DNA of 64,000 nt from an uncultured candidate division Zixibacteria bacterium (GCA_963668625.2 CAXXKA010000010.1:288001-352000), one strand, 5' to 3'; positions 51,496-61,948 are shown, counted from the stretch's first letter. The notes: generated by a model from the letters alone, not told the origin. A program made the numbers and translations.

Positions 51496-52383
51496 TTACC
51501 TTAACGCCTTAAATAATTTCCCCGTTACCAACTCGAGATTGCTGATGTAGGATTTGGCCAATGGATTAATATATTCCACCGTGCCTCCTATTTCGAAAGC
51601 AATCATCTCCGCGCTTTCCGTATTAAACTGAGGCGAGGCAAAAATTGTTTTGATATTTTTTTCGTGGGAGATTTCTATCAGTTTTTTCAAATCATGAGCG
51701 TGAGGCTCTTTACCCTCCACCTCCATGGCCACCTGGTTCAAGCCGTAATCGCGGGCGTAATATGACCAGGAGGGGTGAAAAATAATGAAGTCTCTCTTGC
51801 TGACTATCGCCAGTTTATTTTTTATCTCCAGGTCGAGTTGATCGAGTTTGTTTTTGTAAATCGGGGCGTTTTTCTCGTATACCTTGATATGTTCGGGATC
51901 GACGGCGATCAAGCCTCTGGTGATATTATCCACCATGATTTTGGCGTTTAACGGCGAACACCAGATATGCGGGTCCTGCCCGTGATGCTCCTGTCCCTCG
52001 TGATGGTGTTCCGTGCCACTTATCATCTCGATCCCCTCGGAACAATCGAATACTTTCATATCAGGGCTCAAGCTTTCGATTTTTTCCAGCCAAACGTTTT
52101 CAAAAGGCAGGCCGGAGCCGAGTTTGAAATATGCCCTGGCTTTGCTGATACGCCTCATCTGATCGGGGGAGAGTTCGTAAGTCGCCGGGCTCGCGCCGGG
52201 AGGTATCATCACCATAATCTCTATCGGGAATTCACCGGCTATTTGCTCGACGAATTCTTGCTGCGGAAGAATCGTTACAGCCACCAGGGTAGTATCGGTG
52301 TGGGAGGCCGAACAGCTCAAAAAGAGGATTGCTCCCAGCAGAAACAATATGTACTGATATTTATTCAATTCTATCCTCATCAA
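51496..52383 (-). CDS. znuA: Zn/Mn ABC transporter substrate-binding lipoprotein
   Basis: lipobox FLSC, His-rich loop, DPHIW, HPSWSYYARDYG. Confidence 0.88.
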   Translation of the reverse strand: MMRIELNKYQYILFLLGAILFLSCSASHTDTTLVAVTILPQQEFVEQIAGEFPIEIMVMIPPGASPATYELSPDQMRRISKARAYFKLGSGLPFENVWLEKIESLSPDMKVFDCSEGIEMISGTEHHHEGQEHHGQDPHIWCSPLNAKIMVDNITRGLIAVDPEHIKVYEKNAPIYKNKLDQLDLEIKNKLAIVSKRDFIIFHPSWSYYARDYGLNQVAMEVEGKEPHAHDLKKLIEISHEKNIKTIFASPQFNTESAEMIAFEIGGTVEYINPLAKSYISNLELVTGKLFKALR

Positions 52384-52400
52384 TATTATGCGTTAAAGTT

Positions 52401-53726
52401 TTACGACCCGACATGCATTTTTTTGATCATCACGGATGGCGCATTGAAACCGCCATAGAAATTCAGATCATCGCAAACCGCGCCGATGCCGTTAAATAGC
52501 TCATCGTTGGAGGCGGCCAGGGTAACGTTAGCCACCGGTTTGATCCTTTTGCCGTTTCTGATAAGCGTACCGTTGATTCCAGCGGAATAAGTGCCATTGA
52601 CCCCGTGAACTCCCCAGCCCTGGCAATGTTCTACCAGTAATCCTTTCTTGCACGATGCTATGACATCCTCGACCTTATCTTTTCCCGCCGCTATGTATAA
52701 ATTAGTGTTTCCGATCTCCGGGAAATTATTATAGGCGTAGCGAAGAGCCGAGCCGGTTGATTTCCTGCCGTACTTGACGGCCGTTTTGTAATCGAGCAGA
52801 CCGGTTCGCAAAATTCCATCTTCGATTATCATCGTCTTCTGCGAGGGCGTACCCTCGTCATCGAACGGCCTGCTGTTAACGCCGCGTTTCATCACGGCAT
52901 CATCAACCAGTGAGAACTTGGCGTCGGCGATTTTTTCGCCCTCTTTATCTGCTAAAAAGGATGAGCCCCGAAGCAGGTTATCGCCGTTTATAGCGTGCAT
53001 CATGCCCCAGAACAGAGAGTCCATGCCGCCGGGTGTAAATATTATCTCGTATTCGCCTGGTTCTACCGCCGTTCCGCCTATAAGCCTAACCGCTTTTCCG
53101 GCGATTATATCAACCATCTTGTCGGGCGTCGGTAAATCCTCGAAATATCTGGCGCTGAACTCACCCTCGCCGGGGAACATCTCCTCGCCTTTAGCCGAGG
53201 ATAGGTTCACTTTAACGGTGTAGGCCGTTCTATCCAAGCTAAGATCGACACCGTTGGTGTTGACCAGCTTCACGGTTGAAACCTTTTCTATATAGGTCAT
53301 GCCGTTTGCCTGTTTGATTAAAGGATCGTAGCTTAAAGCGGCGTTTTCCAGATCGACGAGATAATTAATTTTATCATCAGTGGATATGTCGACGAAACTC
53401 GGACCGAAAATATCCACATCATCGGTAATATCATGAGGCTCCGGCAGCGAGGCATATTCTTGTTTACTGGTCTTCTTAGAAAGCGATGATAATTTTGCTA
53501 TAGCCAGGTCAACTGCATTGTCGGATAAATCGGTGGTATGGGCGAAAGCGACTCGGTCTACCGAGAAAAACCTGATAGCCATTCCGCCGGGAGTTGATTT
53601 CGAGATAGCCTCGACCTTGCCTTTACGAACCGTGATCGTGAGCTTTTGTTGGTTTATACCGTAAACCTCGGCCATGCTTGCGCCGGCTCTTACACATTTA
53701 TTCAGAACTCTGTTTATATCATTCAT
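52401..53726 (-). CDS. pmbA: TldE/PmbA family protein
   Basis: SRPFDDEGTP, GWGVHGVNGTYS, PVANVTLA; no HExxH. Confidence 0.85.
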   Translation of the reverse strand: MNDINRVLNKCVRAGASMAEVYGINQQKLTITVRKGKVEAISKSTPGGMAIRFFSVDRVAFAHTTDLSDNAVDLAIAKLSSLSKKTSKQEYASLPEPHDITDDVDIFGPSFVDISTDDKINYLVDLENAALSYDPLIKQANGMTYIEKVSTVKLVNTNGVDLSLDRTAYTVKVNLSSAKGEEMFPGEGEFSARYFEDLPTPDKMVDIIAGKAVRLIGGTAVEPGEYEIIFTPGGMDSLFWGMMHAINGDNLLRGSSFLADKEGEKIADAKFSLVDDAVMKRGVNSRPFDDEGTPSQKTMIIEDGILRTGLLDYKTAVKYGRKSTGSALRYAYNNFPEIGNTNLYIAAGKDKVEDVIASCKKGLLVEHCQGWGVHGVNGTYSAGINGTLIRNGKRIKPVANVTLAASNDELFNGIGAVCDDLNFYGGFNAPSVMIKKMHVGS

Positions 53727-53735
53727 AACGCTCTC

Positions 53736-55241
53736 CTATGCTGATCCGCCAATGAGAATACCATCCTTAACCCGTATCGTGGGAATACCGGCGGTTACCG
53801 GAACCCACTGACCTTTGCCGCAGATACCAACTCCCAGCTTGAGGTCATTCCCGACAGCGTCGATATTGGTTAGCACATCGATACCTCTGCCGATCAGAGT
53901 AGCTCCGGAAATGGGATAGGTAATCTCACCGTTTTCGATCATGTACGCCTCGCGGACTACGAAATTGAATTGCCCGGATATGGTATCGACCGAACCGCCT
54001 GAGAGGGTTTTTACGAAGATACCCTTCGGAGTATCGGCGAATATATCTTTGGGATCGATAGCGCCGGATTCCAGGAATGTATTAGTCATGCGGGGTATCG
54101 GGTAGTGACGGTATGATTCTCGTCTGCCGTTACCGGTTGGCTGTGCGTTTAGCATTTTAGCTGAAATTCTATCGTGCATATAGCCTTGCAAAACGCCTTT
54201 TTCGATCAGCACGTTGCGCTGTCCCGGCGTGCCTTCATCATCGAAACCGGTTGTGCCTCGTTTGTTGACCCAACTCGAATCATCAACTAAGTTAACCAGT
54301 GATGAGCCGACTTTTTGCCCGATCTTGCCCCGGTATATCGAGGAGTCCTGATATACGAGGTCGCCCTCGAGTCCGTGACCTACCGCCTCGTGTATGAGCA
54401 CCCCGCCCCAGCCGGAGTTCATGATAACCGGTATACTCCCCGATGGCGCGGGTCTGGCATCCAGCATGCTAACGGCCTCGGCGGCGGCATCTCTAGCGGC
54501 CTGTTTGATATCATTATCATCGAAAAACTCGAAACCCTGATTGCCGGAAACACGCATGCGGCCGGGGCAACGAACACCGTCCCGTTCGGCTAAAACATTG
54601 ATAACCACCCAGATCATCGGCATTTCGTTTTCTATTCTCAAGCCATACGAGTTAGCGATTTTACGTCGACGTGTCAGATCATCATAGGTGATATCGACCT
54701 GTTTGACATGCGGGCTGTACGATCGGGCGGCTTCATCGGCGATCATCAGCAGATCCATTTTTTGCTGCTCGGAGATCGAATCGATCGGTATCTTGACCTT
54801 GATAGTATCGGGCGCCTGTTCAACCTGCGGTTCGCCGACTTTAGTAGTCGTATTGCCGGAAGCGATATAGGTCGCCGTCTCGGCCGCCTCCAGGGCGCGA
54901 GCGAAATCGAAGCCATTAGCGTAAGCATAGCCGTTTCTGTCATGCTCGACTGTTCTGATGCCTACTCCGCCGGTAATACCGGCTATGCATTGGGTGAATT
55001 TACTCTCGGACATCCTGAACGACAGCGAGGAGATTTCCTCGATGAACACCTCGGAGAAATCTCCGCCACGGGTGAGCGCCGAGGACAACAACGAATTAAT
55101 CTCGGTTTCGTCGAAATCGGCTTTCATCGGAAGCGGCGAGCACCCCGTGTTGCCCAATATGCTTAACAACCACGGCGAACAAACGGCCGTTGCCGAGATT
55201 GCCGCGCCCCGTTTTATAAATTCTCTGCGATCTATTCCCAT
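53736..55241 (-). CDS. tldD: TldD metalloprotease with twin-arginine signal peptide
   Basis: DRREFIK Tat motif; LIHEAVGHGLEGD, FDDEG, GNGRRES, PRMTNT, CGK.QWVP. Confidence 0.92.
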   Translation of the reverse strand: MGIDRREFIKRGAAISATAVCSPWLLSILGNTGCSPLPMKADFDETEINSLLSSALTRGGDFSEVFIEEISSLSFRMSESKFTQCIAGITGGVGIRTVEHDRNGYAYANGFDFARALEAAETATYIASGNTTTKVGEPQVEQAPDTIKVKIPIDSISEQQKMDLLMIADEAARSYSPHVKQVDITYDDLTRRRKIANSYGLRIENEMPMIWVVINVLAERDGVRCPGRMRVSGNQGFEFFDDNDIKQAARDAAAEAVSMLDARPAPSGSIPVIMNSGWGGVLIHEAVGHGLEGDLVYQDSSIYRGKIGQKVGSSLVNLVDDSSWVNKRGTTGFDDEGTPGQRNVLIEKGVLQGYMHDRISAKMLNAQPTGNGRRESYRHYPIPRMTNTFLESGAIDPKDIFADTPKGIFVKTLSGGSVDTISGQFNFVVREAYMIENGEITYPISGATLIGRGIDVLTNIDAVGNDLKLGVGICGKGQWVPVTAGIPTIRVKDGILIGGSA

Positions 55242-55321
55242 AAAATCTCCTTAGTTTGCCGATAATATTATAACAAACTATCCACCGGATATTATGTCAA
55301 TGATTATTTGATAGATAAATC

Positions 55322-55507
55322 CACTGCTGTCCGGCCTTTCCATCTCGTTGCGATGCGCTGCTTGGCAACCAGGGAACTAAGCCTAACAACGGCAGGACAT
55401 GTCAGGATACATGATACGCTGAATACAATATTTATATCGGTAAATGCCTTTCACTAACAATTCCAAGGAGAATTTTATAACTTACCGAAAAACACCGGAC
55501 ACTAGTG
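55322..55507. mobile_element. 186-bp MITE with IS4-type ends (copy 3, shorter and diverged)
   Basis: CACTGCTGTCCGG...CCGGACACTAGTG; 9-bp TSD AGATAAATC (55313-21, 55508-16). Confidence 0.88.
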
Positions 55508-55926
55508 AGATAAATCATAATGATAACTATAGGATTTTAGTGGCAGGAAAGAACAGGCTGTGCCATAAGTTGACAGATTGCCGCATTCCTTTCAGTCGCT
55601 CGCAATGAGAGCCATAATAAGCGGTTGAGAGCTAACAAATAAACGTTCCCCTCTGATTTCGTTCAGTTCTGTATTTGGGTAAAATATAATCTTTTGGCAT
55701 AACCCGGGGATTCCGACCACCGCAGCAAAACTTATCCACCAACCACGTAGTATTATCTATCCAAGTGGGGGGATATTCCTGTTCCTGATTTTATTGGCGG
55801 TTATGGTATGTCCTCATATTCCAACATTTACGCCTGCTATCATTCTCTCTTTTTAATTGACAATAAGGTTAAGCATCTTCATATTATTATACATATCAGG
55901 CAGTTGAATATAGCCGGGAGGGGATC

Positions 55927-58212
55927 ATCGATAAAACATATTTCAAATTCAGATCGGACCTTGATATCTCCCAACAGGAGGCCTCCGGTAAAACCGTATA
56001 CGTAATTCAGGATAGAGGCACGGGCAAGTTTTTTCGGCTGAAAGAGATGGAGTATTTCATAGCATCCCGGCTGGATGGCTCTACATCTTACGAGCAGATC
56101 GCAGTAGTTTTTAACGAGCAATTCGGGGCTAAAGTTACCGCCGAGACCATCGAAAAATTTGCGTCTCAGCTCAGCGTCTCGGGTCTCGTGGAAAAGCCTG
56201 GGCAGGAGAGCAAGCCTGCCTCCACCGGCAAAAGGAAATCTCTATTCGGAAAACTTCTGTTTATTAAAATAAAAGCATTAAATCCCGAAAATTTCGTGGA
56301 ATCGACTCATAACATCGCTCGTCTGTTTTATACCCGTACCGCTATGTTCGTTTATACCGTGATGATGATACTGGCAACCGGAATTACTATCGCCAACTAC
56401 GGTGATATGACTTTCCAATTATACTCGTTTTTTCGTCCCGAGATAATTCCGCTTGCCTGGGTAACTATATTTTTCGTAACGGTGATACACGAGTTTTCTC
56501 ATACTTATAGCTGTCGTATGCATGGCGGCCGGGTCAGGGATATGGGATTTCTGCTACTTTATTTCCAACCATGTTTTTATACCAATGTTTCCGAGGCTTA
56601 CATGTTTCCCGAACGAAGTAAACGTATTGCCGTTACCGTTTCCGGTATTATCAGCCAGTTAGTTATCTGGGCGGCGGCCACTTTAGTATGGCGGCTAACC
56701 TCGATGGATAACATAGTCAATACCGTGGCTTTCATCATTATCGCTCTGTCATTCGTGGGGATAACGTTCAACCTCAATCCGCTTCTCAAACTGGATGGTT
56801 ACTATTTCCTGGTGGACTACTGGGAAATTCCCAATCTCAGGCAGAAAGCTTTTAACTATCTCAGGCAGAAAATAATTGGTCTGGATAGGGGAGAGGATCG
56901 TCAGGAGGTAAGCGACCGGGAAAGTAAAATATTTATCTGGTATGGAATCGCGGCAGTGATATATTCGGGGGCTATAATAACATATATCGCATTCAAAGCA
57001 GGCCATTTTTTAAATGATAGATTCGGCAGTTTTGGGGTGGTAATATTGCTGCTTTTTGTATTATATTTAGTTTTCGATGCATTGAGGAAGGGAAGAGTGT
57101 TCAGTATTGCGTATAATCAACGAGGTGCGATTTTGAAGCCGAGCCGGTTAATTACTTTCAGCATAACTCTTATCGTTATAGTCTTGGCCCTGATATTCGT
57201 CCGTTTTCCCCTTAGGTTGGCCAACGATTGTGAAGTCCAGCCATTGGAACAGGTAAGCCTTCGCTCCACCTCGACCGGCTTCGCCGAGCTGATAATCGAA
57301 CGGGCCAACGAGGAACGCGTGCTGAAACAGTATCAGCTGGTGGGCCAGGATTATGGCGTGCTGTCGATCATTCCCGCGCTCAAGGTCGGGGATTATATCA
57401 AGCCGGGCGATTTAATAGCCGGCATCGAATCGAACGTATACGAGTCCGAGAAGAAGGAACGTTTCGCCAATCTCGAGCAGGCCCGTAATCAGCTTGATCT
57501 ACTGGAAAAGGGAGCGCAACCCGAGGAGATAAACCAAACCGAGGATATCATAAACCAGGTCAGGTCGAAATATCAGCAATCTATTCAGGAATTAAACAGG
57601 GCGGAAAGCCTGTTTGTCATGGGCGGGATATCGAAACAAGAGTTGGAGGATAGCAAGACCGATAACCAGGTTTTGAAATCGGAGCTAGATTTTTACAAGA
57701 ACCAGTTGACTTTGCTCAAACGCGGCGCCCGTCCCGAGGAGTTGGCCATGGCTCGCGCCCAGGTAGATCAGTTAGGGGCGAAATTAAGACATCTGGAAAG
57801 CCAGATGGAGCAGGCGGTAATCGAATCACCGATATCTGGAATAGTGACCCGGGTCAATAAAGGCAATATGATTATCTCGATTGCCAGAACCGATACGGTG
57901 AAAGTTAAAATCATGGTTCCGGAAAAAGAAATTTCGGTGGTTTCCATCGGGAACGGCGTTAAAATGAAAGCTCGTTCTTATCCGGGGCTTACATACTCGG
58001 GTGTAGTGAAAAAGATCGAGCCGATAGCGATAGAGGATGAGAGGGGCCGTTCGATCATTACGGTCTCGGCTCTGGTGGATAACCCGGAGGGCCTGCTGGT
58101 TGCGGGTATGACAGGTAAGGCGAAAATAAACTGCGGCAATTGGCCGCTTTATAAAATCCTGCTCTGGCGCGCGGTCCGATATCTGCGAGTAGAGTTCTGG
58201 TCATGGTGGTAA
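55927..58212 (+). CDS. M50 (site-2-protease-like) zinc metallopeptidase fused to HlyD membrane-fusion domain; probable non-AUG start
   Basis: HEFSH and NLNPLLKLDGYY M50 motifs; GARPEE hairpin, SPISG, GMTGKAKI HlyD features; frame open from 55873, GGAGG at 55917-21 before ATC 55927 (first ATG at 56047). Confidence 0.8.
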   Translation: MDKTYFKFRSDLDISQQEASGKTVYVIQDRGTGKFFRLKEMEYFIASRLDGSTSYEQIAVVFNEQFGAKVTAETIEKFASQLSVSGLVEKPGQESKPASTGKRKSLFGKLLFIKIKALNPENFVESTHNIARLFYTRTAMFVYTVMMILATGITIANYGDMTFQLYSFFRPEIIPLAWVTIFFVTVIHEFSHTYSCRMHGGRVRDMGFLLLYFQPCFYTNVSEAYMFPERSKRIAVTVSGIISQLVIWAAATLVWRLTSMDNIVNTVAFIIIALSFVGITFNLNPLLKLDGYYFLVDYWEIPNLRQKAFNYLRQKIIGLDRGEDRQEVSDRESKIFIWYGIAAVIYSGAIITYIAFKAGHFLNDRFGSFGVVILLLFVLYLVFDALRKGRVFSIAYNQRGAILKPSRLITFSITLIVIVLALIFVRFPLRLANDCEVQPLEQVSLRSTSTGFAELIIERANEERVLKQYQLVGQDYGVLSIIPALKVGDYIKPGDLIAGIESNVYESEKKERFANLEQARNQLDLLEKGAQPEEINQTEDIINQVRSKYQQSIQELNRAESLFVMGGISKQELEDSKTDNQVLKSELDFYKNQLTLLKRGARPEELAMARAQVDQLGAKLRHLESQMEQAVIESPISGIVTRVNKGNMIISIARTDTVKVKIMVPEKEISVVSIGNGVKMKARSYPGLTYSGVVKKIEPIAIEDERGRSIITVSALVDNPEGLLVAGMTGKAKINCGNWPLYKILLWRAVRYLRVEFWSWW

Positions 58213-58251
58213 AAATCGCAACCTTCGGATGAAAGATTCGTACTATTTTTT

Positions 58252-59151
58252 ATGCAAAAGATCAGCATCAGGAAATGCCGCTACAAAGACTTGATCCCCG
58301 GTTGTATTTTAATGCAGTCCGCGGTTAATAATCTCAGACGACAAACAGGTAAACAACCGGAACGCTGGAAGCCCGGTCGGGTGCCACCTCCATTGGTTGC
58401 CGGTGTTTTCAAAACCGATAGAGATACGATGTATTGTGCCTGGAAGAACGGCAAAATCGTCGGTTTCGCCGGCGCGTATGTGAGGGGCAAGCAATGGTAT
58501 TTGTGCTGGTTATTCGTTAAACCGAATTTGCAGGATAAGGGCGTGGGCCGGAAACTTCTGGAGAGAGTTTGGCGCGAATCGAAAGGCATGACTCATTCAC
58601 TGTGCACGTTCGCGTATAATCCGCAGGCCGTCGGTTTGTATAGCAGGTTCGGTATGGCGCCGCTGTGCGATCTCCCTCAGCTAAAAGCCGAAAAAAGCGC
58701 ATTGATACTTCCCGAAAAATCCAAACTCGAGATAAAACAAAACGCCGGCCCGGGCGATCTTCGCTGGATACACGGGCTGGAAAAGAAAATTCGAGGTTAC
58801 TCTCATCCCCAGCACTGGGATATATGGCGAAAGCAGGAAACCAATAATATCTGTATCGCCAAAAAACGTGGTAAAAGAATCGGTTATTTCATGATCATCA
58901 ATAACGCCTGGATAGCCCCGCTGGGAGTCACCGATAAAAGGTATATCATTGATGTCATGACCGAGGCGTTGCTGTTAATCGAGCCCAAGAAAGATCACAA
59001 AATTAGCGTATGGTGCCCTACCTTGAACCTGGAACTTTACACTTACTTGATCAGAATAGGTTTCAGGGTTGGTGAATACGATATATATATGTCGGATAAG
59101 CCATATCTCGATTGGAATAGATACGTCCCGGCTACGCTGGCTGTGATATAG
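58252..59151 (+). CDS. two-domain GNAT acetyltransferase (paralog 1)
   Basis: LFVKPNLQDKGVGRKLL, NPQAVGLYSRFGM. Confidence 0.85.
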   Translation: MQKISIRKCRYKDLIPGCILMQSAVNNLRRQTGKQPERWKPGRVPPPLVAGVFKTDRDTMYCAWKNGKIVGFAGAYVRGKQWYLCWLFVKPNLQDKGVGRKLLERVWRESKGMTHSLCTFAYNPQAVGLYSRFGMAPLCDLPQLKAEKSALILPEKSKLEIKQNAGPGDLRWIHGLEKKIRGYSHPQHWDIWRKQETNNICIAKKRGKRIGYFMIINNAWIAPLGVTDKRYIIDVMTEALLLIEPKKDHKISVWCPTLNLELYTYLIRIGFRVGEYDIYMSDKPYLDWNRYVPATLAVI

Positions 59152-59197
59152 AATCAAACCCGGTTTCAACCCTGAATTAATATAATTTGAAGGAAAT

Positions 59198-60103
59198 TTG
59201 GTTATGCCCATAATAAGTTATCGCAAATGTCGGATAAAAGATCTGGTACCGGCGCGAAGGTTGATATTAAGAACGCTAAACGCGTTGATTACCTCCACCG
59301 GGAAGGAGCCTCTCGACTGGGTTATCAGAAGGGAACCGCCGGCGCTTATGGTGAGTATGTTGAAAAATAATCCTAATGGATTTTACTGCGCCTGGAAAGG
59401 CGAGAAACTAATAGGTTTTGCCGGTTCGTATCTGAACGGCAAGCAATGGTATCTCGGCTGGTTATTTGTCGACCACCGCGTGCAGGCTAAAGGGGTAGGC
59501 AGGAAACTTCTGGAGAAAGTATGGATCGAGGGTAAAGGTATTACTCATTCTCTTACCACGATGGCTTATAATCCACAAGCCGTCGGACTTTACAGCAAGT
59601 TCGGGATGGCTCCATCGTGTGATCTGCCCATGATGCACCTGAAGAAATCAAATTTCAGTGAGCTGGAGCCGACCGGTTTGACTATCGTTGAGGATTATAC
59701 TAAAGCCGATACCAATTGGATTAATCAAACCGAAAAAAAGATACGCGGGTATGCTCATCCCAGACATTGGGATGTCTGGTTGAGCGATTACCCGTTCAAG
59801 TTATACATAGCTAAAAACCGGGGGCAAAGAGTCGGTTATTTTTTAATTACCGACCAGGGATTTATCACACCGCTCGGCGTTAGCTCCCCGAAATACATGA
59901 ATGATGTTTTAACCGAGGCGGTGCGAAAAGCCATGGCCGTGGATGGCAAGGGTGTTTTCGTGTGGTGCCCGACATTCAATATCAGCAGCTATTTATATCT
60001 GATTCAACTCGGTTTCAGGATATTGGAGATGGAGATTTTCATGTCGGATGAGCCTTATCCCGACTGGCAGAGGTATATCCCCTCCAACCTGGCGATATTT
60101 TAA
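59198..60103 (+). CDS. two-domain GNAT acetyltransferase (paralog 2)
   Basis: LFVDHRVQAKGVGRKLL, NPQAVGLYSKFGM; collinear with paralog 1. Confidence 0.85.
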   Translation: MVMPIISYRKCRIKDLVPARRLILRTLNALITSTGKEPLDWVIRREPPALMVSMLKNNPNGFYCAWKGEKLIGFAGSYLNGKQWYLGWLFVDHRVQAKGVGRKLLEKVWIEGKGITHSLTTMAYNPQAVGLYSKFGMAPSCDLPMMHLKKSNFSELEPTGLTIVEDYTKADTNWINQTEKKIRGYAHPRHWDVWLSDYPFKLYIAKNRGQRVGYFLITDQGFITPLGVSSPKYMNDVLTEAVRKAMAVDGKGVFVWCPTFNISSYLYLIQLGFRILEMEIFMSDEPYPDWQRYIPSNLAIF

Positions 60104-60105
60104 GC

Positions 60106-61680
60106 TCATTCGATTTTGAATATTTTGAATTTCGTTCCGTCAATATCATCCAGATATTTAAATCGCTTGTCACTGAATGATAGATCGTAGATAGATTCCA
60201 ACGCCACCCTGGGTGCGGGCAGCAGAAGATAATTCGCCTCGTATTTAGCGGCTATTTTATGGATAGTATCGATATCATCGTTAGGTATTTGCACCGATCT
60301 ATAACCGGTGGAGTATGTCAGCTCCCAGGGTGCGCGGGTCATTACGATAATCTCTCCGGCGCTGTTATTGTCTTTTTCGATTATTCGCTTGAATTCGGCG
60401 AGCCAGGCGGCTCGATACCTGTGGGCTTCTATCAATTCATTGGAATTACTAATGCAGGATATAGCGCCAATTGCCAATACTACGATGATTATCGATCTTG
60501 AGAGTACCTTGTTTTTTATTAACACGAATATCGCGTTTACTCCGAATACGATTATGAACGGAATCAACGATATCGCGCTTCTAAGATAACTGCCCTGCTC
60601 GGAAACAACCGTAACCGCCAGGGAATGAAATAAAAGCAGGAGCGATCCGAAAAAGATTAGTGGAATTATATTTCGTTCGTTATCATTTTTATATGACAGA
60701 TAAAACGGATATAAGATACCGGCAGCCGCGAAAGGCAGAAGGCTCAGGTTAAGCGATCTGAAAGTGAGATAAGTATTGTATACGACCATTTTAAACTTCG
60801 AAAAGAATATTTGCGCATAACCCATTTCCAGATAATTGCCAAAAGTCAGTTTATCGGGCAATGAGTATAAATCCTCATAGCTTTTCAAAAAGAGGGTTTG
60901 GAATGATACCGAAACGAACGGCGTACCGAATTGCCGAAGATTCGAAATCAACAAAGGCGATAATGTAACGAAATATGCTATAATCGATAATGTTAGTAAC
61001 AGCGCTTTCGATTTAAAGTTATTGCGGGAGATTAGTATAGTCAGTACAACGATCATCATTAGCAGTACGCCATCCTGACGGGTGAACTGAGCCAATCCGG
61101 CCATAACGGCCGCCAACAAGTAGAGCTTTTTGTTAGTTGATGATTTAACTAAAGCCAGCAGCCCGATAGCGATGAACACGGAGTAATAAATGGTCGAATC
61201 GGTAAGCAGGGAGTATTTGAATACACCCGGTACGAAAAGGCAGATTATCGCAGCGTATGATGCCGCCGGTACGCGCTTGAAAAACGTGATCCCGATTTGA
61301 TACGTGATTAGTGACAGCAGTATACCGAAAAGAATCGAGGGGATGATTGCCGTAAGCAGGCTTTTCCCGCCGACGATCAGAAACGCGCTGATAATAATCG
61401 AGGTGAACGGTTGCCAGTAGTCGTTGGCAGGATGGGTTAATTCCGGGTGTTCGTACAGAAAATGCCAGATATAATCGATTACGAATCCCCGTCCATCGGC
61501 GATATTTTCCGCCAGATGCATATAGTAGGACATATCGCCATGTCCTGGGTGCTCGAGGTTTACCGCATAGAATAGTCGTACCGCAACAGCTAAAACGATA
61601 AATACCGAGATAAATGAAACTCTGCGTTTCGGTGATTCGAGCATTTGCTCGAATTTATCCAATGACTTGCTCGAATTCAT
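60106..61680 (-). CDS. GT-C (ArnT/PMT_2-like) membrane glycosyltransferase
   Basis: D..YY..LA.NI..G.GF after TM1, WQPF, TRQDG, ~12 TM helices. Confidence 0.75.
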   Translation of the reverse strand: MNSSKSLDKFEQMLESPKRRVSFISVFIVLAVAVRLFYAVNLEHPGHGDMSYYMHLAENIADGRGFVIDYIWHFLYEHPELTHPANDYWQPFTSIIISAFLIVGGKSLLTAIIPSILFGILLSLITYQIGITFFKRVPAASYAAIICLFVPGVFKYSLLTDSTIYYSVFIAIGLLALVKSSTNKKLYLLAAVMAGLAQFTRQDGVLLMMIVVLTILISRNNFKSKALLLTLSIIAYFVTLSPLLISNLRQFGTPFVSVSFQTLFLKSYEDLYSLPDKLTFGNYLEMGYAQIFFSKFKMVVYNTYLTFRSLNLSLLPFAAAGILYPFYLSYKNDNERNIIPLIFFGSLLLLFHSLAVTVVSEQGSYLRSAISLIPFIIVFGVNAIFVLIKNKVLSRSIIIVVLAIGAISCISNSNELIEAHRYRAAWLAEFKRIIEKDNNSAGEIIVMTRAPWELTYSTGYRSVQIPNDDIDTIHKIAAKYEANYLLLPAPRVALESIYDLSFSDKRFKYLDDIDGTKFKIFKIE

Positions 61681-61948
61681 ATTAGCACCATAATTAGCTG
61701 TAAAGTATGTACGGGTAGCTATTTATGCAACTTATTATTTAATATATATCGACCATCCGCTTTAATAGCAATCACGTTGATATCGCCCGAAACATCAAAT
61801 TTCCCTTTATTTTATGATAAATTTTCGTATAATTATATCCAGAAGGCAGCTTCTGTTAGAGCGCCCCTTAATCTTTAGAGGGATTTTTACTAAAACTTAT
61901 CATTATTAATAAACGATTGATACGGTAATCAATCAAAGGGAGGAAGTA

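Noticed and set aside
55510-55870. RiPP precursor ORF between tldD and M50-HlyD
   Set aside because: No short ORF with a clear RBS or leader/core pattern found by eye; the region contains repeat remnants
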